A stretch of DNA of 64,000 nucleotides from Eledone cirrhosa (lineage: Eukaryota): contig OZ024742.1 of the NCBI GenBank assembly GCA_964016885.1, positions 378,696,001-378,760,000 on the forward strand. Reading direction: 5' to 3'. The first letter of the stretch is position 1. Each line of letters opens with the position of its first letter. The translations under genes and the position numbers were made by a program. Positions 55,908-64,000 of this stretch are shown here, piece after piece. A model generated the notes under the pieces. The model was not told the DNA's origin. It worked only from the letters and a program-made list of their open reading frames with translations, and ran no database searches.

Positions 55908-56360
55908 TATACACATATGCATACAGGTACACATACATATATGCACGCATCAGTTTAGCCTACGTTTATTATAACGCCGGCCGCTTTGTTCGTTTGTTTG
56001 TCAACAAAGCGAACAGCCTGAATTTATGCCATACGGTGTTAAGGCAACCACGTCACCTTTTTGTTCAACACTGACACAGGAACGATGTACTAGTTTCAAG
56101 CTTGTTAGCTATCATCAGCACCGTTTACCCATCTGCCAGATAGTTGAACGTTCGAAAGTATATACTTTCCTTATGAAAATTAACGGCTGAGCAGCCTAAT
56201 TTGCATATTGAGTGAGTTAAATCGGTCAGGCATACCGAAAACGATTAGTTGAAAAAAAATGAAAACGAAATTTCATTTCTCACTCTTAGTATGGCACTTA
56301 CTTAAATGTAAGTATGTATGTATACGTACATACATATATGTATACAGACGTACAGTAGCA

Positions 56361-56402
<42 letters not shown>

Positions 56403-56855
56403 TATACACATATGCATACAGGTACACATACATATATGCACGCATCAGTTTAGCCTACGTTTATTATAACGCCGGCCGCTTTGTTCGTTTGTTTGTCAAC
56501 AAAGCGAACAGCCTGAATTTATGCCATACGGTGTTAAGGCAACCACGTCACCTTTTTGTTCAACACTGACACAGGAACGATGTACTAGTTTCAAGCTTGT
56601 TAGCTATCATCAGCACCGTTTACCCATCTGCCAGATAGTTGAACGTTCGAAAGTATATACTTTCCTTATGAAAATTAACGGCTGAGCAGCCTAATTTGCA
56701 TATTGAGTGAGTTAAATCGGTCAGGCATACCGAAAACGATTAGTTGAAAAAAAATGAAAACGAAATTTCATTTCTCACTCTTAGTATGGCACTTACTTAA
56801 ATGTAAGTATGTATGTATACGTACATACATATATGTATACAGACGTACAGTAGCA

Positions 56856-56897
<42 letters not shown>

Positions 56898-57350
56898 TAT
56901 ACACATATGCATACAGGTACACATACATATATGCACGCATCAGTTTAGCCTACGTTTATTATAACGCCGGCCGCTTTGTTCGTTTGTTTGTCAACAAAGC
57001 GAACAGCCTGAATTTATGCCATACGGTGTTAAGGCAACCACGTCACCTTTTTGTTCAACACTGACACAGGAACGATGTACTAGTTTCAAGCTTGTTAGCT
57101 ATCATCAGCACCGTTTACCCATCTGCCAGATAGTTGAACGTTCGAAAGTATATACTTTCCTTATGAAAATTAACGGCTGAGCAGCCTAATTTGCATATTG
57201 AGTGAGTTAAATCGGTCAGGCATACCGAAAACGATTAGTTGAAAAAAAATGAAAACGAAATTTCATTTCTCACTCTTAGTATGGCACTTACTTAAATGTA
57301 AGTATGTATGTATACGTACATACATATATGTATACAGACGTACAGTAGCA

Positions 57351-57392
<42 letters not shown>

Positions 57393-57563
57393 TATACACA
57401 TATGCATACAGGTACACATACATATATGCACGCATCAGTTTAGCCTACGTTTATTATAACGCCGGCCGCTTTGTTCGTTTGTTTGTCAACAAAGCGAACA
57501 GCCTGAATTTATGCCATACGGTGTTAAGGCAACCACGTCACCTTTTTGTTCAACACTGACACA
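55316..57563 (-). mobile_element. Retrozyme-like tandem array, 495-bp unit x ~4.5, one HHR per full unit
   Basis: Apparently identical units at period 495 (55328, 55823, 56318, 56813, 57308); no credible ORF. Confidence 0.9.
55586..55630 (-). ncRNA. Minimal type I hammerhead ribozyme (copies 56081-56125, 56576-56620, 57071-57115)
   Basis: AACGGUG CUGAUGA uAGCU-aaca-AGCUu GAAA CUAG UA CAUCGUU: 7-bp stem I, palindromic stem III ACUAGU, GUA cleavage triplet. Confidence 0.88.
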
Positions 57564-58366
57564 CACATTCACACACACACACATGTATATATATATACAA
57601 ATTAGATATATTTACACAAATATATGTATGTGTGTGTGTGTATATGTGTATTTATGTGTGTGTGTACATGTGTATTTATGTGTGTGGTGGGTGTTTTAAT
57701 ATAGTTCTTAGGATTGATAAAATAAGTACCAGTAATTATTGGGGCTTGATTTAATCGATATGGAGAGCTCTCTCATAAAATAAGTGGCCTCATACCAATT
57801 TTTCTAAATCAATAACACCGCCACGAGAATTGATCTTATTTTTGATCACTAACCTACAAAATAATACGACATGAAGATTTTTATGATTCCTAGAAAACTG
57901 GAATAATGAGTCTAGATAATAATTCCTGTTTTATAATGAGCCAAGGAGGAGGATGACGTCAAGTATGTTTGCTAATTAGAAATAATAAATGATATATCGC
58001 CAACAGCATTGATAAAAGATTGCTGTTCAACAAATTTGGAGAATAACTAGCAATTTTCTCTAGTTTCATATCATTTATTCTTGGTGGAATAACCGAAACA
58101 AATAGATTCGTTTGGGGCAGTAAAAATGATATTGTCCTTTAATAGATAGCAGTAGCATTAAAGGGGGGGAAATTGAAAGGAAAATGGCGGACAATTTGTA
58201 GGAATCTGACAATTTTATCAATGATGAAGAGATTCAAAGTAAGGGAAATCATTAACTCATTCAAGTGTAATAGAAAGATTCAATTTAGGATTTTAACATA
58301 ACGAAAATGTTTGCAGTTTATGTTTGAAGTATTACTATGAAACCGTTTCTTGGTCTACTCTCTCTC

Positions 58367-58944
<578 letters not shown>

Positions 58945-61900
58945 GTCCTGGGTATGACATTAAACTACATCCAGTGGCAAGGCTCCAGTTCGGGAGTTCA
59001 GGAGATGTGGGCAATGTGGAGTTACCCCTTAGTTGTCATGACTCCCAGGTCTGCCCTGGCCCGGTGTGGTAGTACCTGTTAGGGCTCCATTTATGGGTTA
59101 AATAACTACCTTATTCGAGTGGCGCCGGTAAGGTATTGTCAGCCATTGAAAAGAAATATGGAGAGTCGATCTAACAGCACTAGGGTTAGAGCCCCTAATT
59201 ACACTGTCAAGGCGCAGCCTGGTCGTTATGACTCTGCTGGCTTAGAGCCACAGAGAGGGCCAGTGGATGATGGATCAGCTGTCTCTGAGACAAATATAAA
59301 GAATGCAGTTTTGTCCTGCAGAAGAGCCATCAAAATGGGCACTTTGAATGTGAGGACTATTCGAACGCTGGAGAAGAGAGAGGAGTTGGGACATCTGTTC
59401 GAGGAGAGTGGTATACAGATACTTGCGATCCAAGAACACAGGATTCTACACGATGAGCCCGTGAGGAGTGTGATGATCGGGAGGAAGAGCCAGCTCATCA
59501 CTACATCGGCAGTGAAGAACACAACAAATGCTGCAGTGGGAGGAGTGGGTTTTGTGTTCAGTGCAAAAACCAATCTGTTGGTGAGGGAAATAATGCCTAT
59601 CTCCCCGCGAGTGTTGAGTGTGACCTTCAATGGAAACCCAAGACTGACAGTCATCTCAGCCTATAGTCCAACCGAGGTGACAGTGATGTGAATGCCGAGG
59701 AGTTCCATGAGGAGGTGTGTAGAGCTGTCAACACCACTCAGGCACACAATATCCTGCTTGTTTTGGGGGACTTCAATGCGCATCTGAGTAAGGAGGGCAG
59801 TGAAGATCCTTGCTGGTACTTCCATAACAACACCAACCGAAATGGAAGACTACTGAGAGACACCCTGCTGGAGGCGAACTTGATGGCGACCAACCTAAGG
59901 TTTAGGAAGAATCTGGGGAAGATGTGGACCTACATCTCAGATATGCACCTGTCCAAGTCCCAGATTGATTTCATTCTGGTGAGGAAAAAGTGGCGGAATA
60001 GTGTTCTGAACACGGAACCATACAGCTATTTCAGTACACTGGGTAGTGACCACCGGCTTGTTATGAGTGAGGTCCGCGTGAGCTTAAGAAAGAGCAAGGC
60101 TCAGCCCCGGAGAACAATCTATGACTGGGGAGCTTTCAAGGAAGATGATAAGCTACAGGAGAGGTTCACAGTGGAAGTGAGAAACAGGTTTAGTGCTCTG
60201 TGTGGAGAATCAGAGGAGAGAGAGATTGGATGGACTGAGGAGAGTGTGACGAGGAGGTACGGGCACTTCACCAATGCAGTGGCGAAAGCAAGTGAAACCC
60301 TGGTGCCGAGGAAAAAGAACAAAGGGAAGCACGTCAGCTCTGCAAACCCAAAAGTGTGTGCAGCCAGAGAACACCTGAAAGCTGCCAGGGACCAATTCTA
60401 TGCTGATCCTACGGAGGAGAGGATGGAGACTGTGGAGGTGATGAGGGAAGAGCTCTGTACCGCTTACACTGAGGTCAGAGAGGAGGCACTGATAGAGAAG
60501 ATCAGAAGTGTGGAGAGAGCGGTTGACAGATCTGGATGTAAGGAGAGCTGGATGATCATCAACGAGATCACAGGGAGGAAGAAAAGGTGTTCGAGTCAGA
60601 TCCAGGGAACGGGGCCCGAGGATAGGAAGAGGAAATGGCTAGACCATTTTAGGACCCTACTAGGAGAGCCACCCTCCACAGCCCAGAGCACTGGGGAGAT
60701 CAGGCGGCTGTTTGAGGAACTGGATGTTGAGACAGAGCCCTTCACCAGAGAGGAGCTTCAGAGAGCCAAGAAGAAGATGAAGGAGGGCAAGGCTCATGGA
60801 GAAGATGGAGTGGCATCAGAGGTGATGAAGAGGTGTGATTTTGATGATATCATCCTGGGGTTCTGTAACGGGGCACTGGAGAAAGGAGTTGCCCCGAATC
60901 AGTGGAGGATCAGTAACATCGTCCCAGTGCCAAAGAAGGGAGATCTCTCTAACACCAACAACTACCGGGGGATCTCACTGACGTCACTTGTAGCAAAGAC
61001 CCTCAACAGGATGATTCTTAAAAGGATCCAGCCTGAGATGGAGAAGAAGCTCAGGGACAACCAGAACGGCTTCAGAGAGGGTAGATCAACCACCAGTCAC
61101 ATCCTGATGCTGAGGAGGATATTAGAGGGAGCTAGAGCAAAGTGCCTTCCTGCGGTCATGGTTTTCATTGACTTTAGGAAGGCCTTTGATTCTGTGGACC
61201 GTTACTGCCTGATGAAGATCTTACAGGCTTATGGAATCCCCAAGAGGATAGTGGACCTGATATCACTGCTCTACACCAACACCAAAGCCCAAGTCATTAC
61301 ACCTGATGGGATGACAGAGTTCTTTGAGATACTGGCTGGAGTGCTCCAGGGAGATACATTGGCTCCCTACCTTTTTATCATCGTAGTGGACTATTGTATG
61401 CGCCTTGCACTGGAGAAACACCAGGACTCTGGCTTTACTGTAGCACCGGCTCAGAGCAGGAGAGTTGGGGCGAAAAAGGTATCGGGTGCTGAATTTGCCG
61501 ACGACATAGTTTTGGTGACAAATACAATGAAGGAGGCAGAGGATTTGATGCGGGAGATTGAGACTGTGTCGATGAGTGTGGGGCTGAGAATGAATGAGAC
61601 TAAAACAAAATATCTGGTAGAGAATGTTGAGAAGCCAGAGGGGATCACTAATGTAGGCGGGAAGCCGCTGGAATTGGTTGAGGACTTCCTGTATTTGGGA
61701 GCAAAGATTGGGAATACGGAGGATGATGTGGTTGAAAGGAAGAGCAAGGCCTGGGCGGCGTGCCACAGCTTGAGATCGGTGTGGAAGTCGGACCTTCGTA
61801 GAGACCTGAAAGTCCGCCTCTTCATTGCTGTAGTGGAGTCTGTGCTGCTGTATGGGTCTGAAACTTGGACACTGACCAAGAAACTCACTCAGATGGTTGA

Positions 61901-62250
61901 TGGGTGCTACACGAGAATGCTGAGGATGGCTCTGAACATTAATCAGTATACACTGAGGATGAAAAACTCAGAGCTCTATGGGAGCATCCCAAAAGTCAGC
62001 TCAAAAGTGACACAGAGGAGACTGAGGTTGGCTGGACATGCTCACCGACATCCAGAGTTGACATTGCACTCAGTGCTCCTTTGGGAGCCCCTACATGGAC
62101 ACACTAGAAGAGGAAGACCAAGGTTAACATATGTTGATGCCCTAAGGACAGACACTGGTCTGTTGGAGATGCAGGATATGGCAGCGATAATGAGGGACAG
62201 AGACCGCTGGAGAGAACTCGTCCATGGATCTCGGGAATTTTACCCGCCTT

Positions 62251-62252
<2 letters not shown>
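58945..62252 (+). mobile_element. Apparently full-length single-ORF LINE (RTE/RTE-X-like), 3.3 kb, inserted in (TA)n
   Basis: ~200-bp 5' leader, APE + RT coding region, GC-richer than flanks, (TA)n directly on both sides. Confidence 0.93.
59158..62252 (+). pseudogene. APE endonuclease-reverse transcriptase ORF with a single frameshift near 59676
   Basis: EN motifs GTLNVRT, AIQEHR, GVGF, SAYSPT | LGDFNAH, QIDFILV, GSDHRLV; RT motifs PVPKKGD, NYRGISL, QNGFR, FIDFRKAFDSV, GVLQGDTLAPYLF, FADD; C-terminal RGRP. Confidence 0.93.
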
Positions 62253-62306
<54 letters not shown>

Positions 62307-62736
62307 ATAATAATAAATTTGAAGACTAAAATCCAAAGAGGATAAATATATATCAAATATATAAGAACCGTAGAGCAAATATATATTAAAATAACAGATT
62401 AAAGTTTAAGCAAAGATCGCTGCTTTCACCCTTAACGGGATCTTCTGAAACTAACAAAGTCAATCTGTGAACGCAGAAGTGAATATTTCAAAAAACGTTG
62501 CAACCGGAGGAAGACAGGAAGACGATACTTTGGTTCGCGGAAACGTTCCCTGGCAAAGAACGGGCATATATATATATATATATATATGAATGAAGTATTT
62601 CCGTCGGAAAGGTCCAGGAAAAAAGAGTGCTCTATGTAAGTTACAGAGCTTATTAGTCATGTAATAAACAACATAAGATAATTATTTCAAGAAACCATTG
62701 GTAAATGAAATAATTATCTTATGTTGTTTATTACAT

Positions 62737-62813
<77 letters not shown>

Positions 62814-62823
62814 TATATATAAA

Positions 62824-62887
<64 letters not shown>

Positions 62888-62889
<2 letters not shown>

Positions 62890-63268
62890 AATTAAAATAC
62901 TAGAGTGCGTTGGAGTAAAACACACTCGTCGTATTATAGAAATGACAGTACAGGATATAGCTCAATGTAATACAACAGAGCCGAAAAATTATAAAAATAG
63001 ACAAAGAAGCCTTCAATACATCAAAAGTCTTTATTAGCCTACAATGTTTCGTCCCATTAATAAGGACTCTTCAGGACAATTAAACAGATAAGAAGCATTA
63101 ACGGCCAGAACAACCAAAACTCAGAAGAATAGGGAGTTCATATCCATGAAAGCTTATGAGAGATATGAAGGAAAAGCATGCTAAAGCTTTTAGCTTAATG
63201 GGACGAAACATTGTAGGCTAATAAAGACTTTTGATGTATTGAAGGCTTCTTTGTCTATTTTTATAATT

Positions 63269-63270
<2 letters not shown>
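62888..63270 (-). mobile_element. Short non-coding HHR-bearing insertion with 76-bp inverted repeat
   Basis: 62985-63060 mirrors 63195-63270; TA tracts on both sides. Confidence 0.8.
63037..63077 (-). ncRNA. Canonical minimal type I hammerhead ribozyme
   Basis: GUC CUGAAGA GUCC-uuauuaaug-GGAC GAAA CAUUG UA GGC. Confidence 0.88.
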
Positions 63271-63346
<76 letters not shown>

Positions 63347-63397
63347 TGTGAGTCAATATATATATATATATATATTGACCCACATTTCCGCCATTGA

Positions 63398-64000
63398 GCT
63401 AATCTATAAACCTCCTATTCTATAAATCAGCTATTCTATAAACCGGCTAATCTATAAACTGGCTATTCTATAAACCTGCTATTCTGTAAACTTGCTATTC
63501 TATAAACCTGCTATTCTGTAAACCGGCTATTCTATAAACCTCCTATTCTATAAACCGGCTATTCTATAAACCTGCTATTCTGTAGACCGGCTATTCTGTA
63601 AACTGGCTATTCTAAAAACCTGCTATTCTGTAAACCTGCTATTCTATAAACCTCCTATTCTGTAAACCTGCTATTCTATAAACCGGCTATTCTATAAACC
63701 TCCTACTCTGTAAACCTGCTATTCTATAAACCAACTAATCTATAAACCGGCTATTCTATAAAACGGTTATTCTGTAAACCGGCTATTCTATAAACCGACT
63801 ATTCTATAAACCGGCTATTCTATAAACCAACTATTCTATAAACCGGCTATTCTGTAAACCGGCTATTCTATAAACCGGCTATTCTATATACCGACTATTC
63901 TATAAACCCGCTATTCTGTAAAACCGCTATTCTGCAAACCGGCTATTCTGTAAAAAGGCTATTCTGTAAACCCGCTATTCTTTTAAACCGGCTATTCTTT
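63398..64000. repeat. 16-bp minisatellite (GCTATTCTATAAACCG), runs off the right edge
   Basis: ~37 variant copies read directly. Confidence 0.96.

Noticed and set aside
58945-59157. HDV-like ribozyme in the LINE 5' leader, as known for some RTE elements
   Set aside because: I could not assemble the P1/P1.1/P2/P3/P4 fold by eye; this needs a descriptor search.
59226-61888. Antisense ORFs (142, 167 and 145 aa) over the LINE
   Set aside because: Shadow ORFs of the coding strand with no recognisable motifs.

Overview
This is AT-rich, microsatellite-dense animal DNA with no host protein-coding gene that I can support. The SINE pieces look cephalopod/octopod-like, which is inference from recalled similarity. 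Bases 1-37.9 kb are a 51/52-bp satellite array with higher-order repeats and two variant domains; every ORF there is a repeat-translation artefact. Bases 38-64 kb are nested insertions sitting in (TA)n tracts. They include three different Penelope-like (PLE, RT + GIY-YIG) elements with the inverted-pLTR / truncated body / pLTR layout, a near-intact APE-RT LINE, and SINE and tRNA-like pieces. They also include several unrelated non-coding repeat families (320, ~540, 595 and 495 bp units, plus short foldbacks) that each carry a type I hammerhead ribozyme (HHR) motif. Many of these HHRs are non-canonical (U3-A8 core UUGANAA, U-U at the base of stem II, very large stem II). Inversion junctions fall repeatedly on HHR hairpins. 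The least explained object is a ~92-nt motif present twice (38845-38936, 53086-53176) with five compensatory base-pair changes defining a double pseudoknot and carrying permuted HHR core words. All RNA folds were derived by eye and none is shown to be active.
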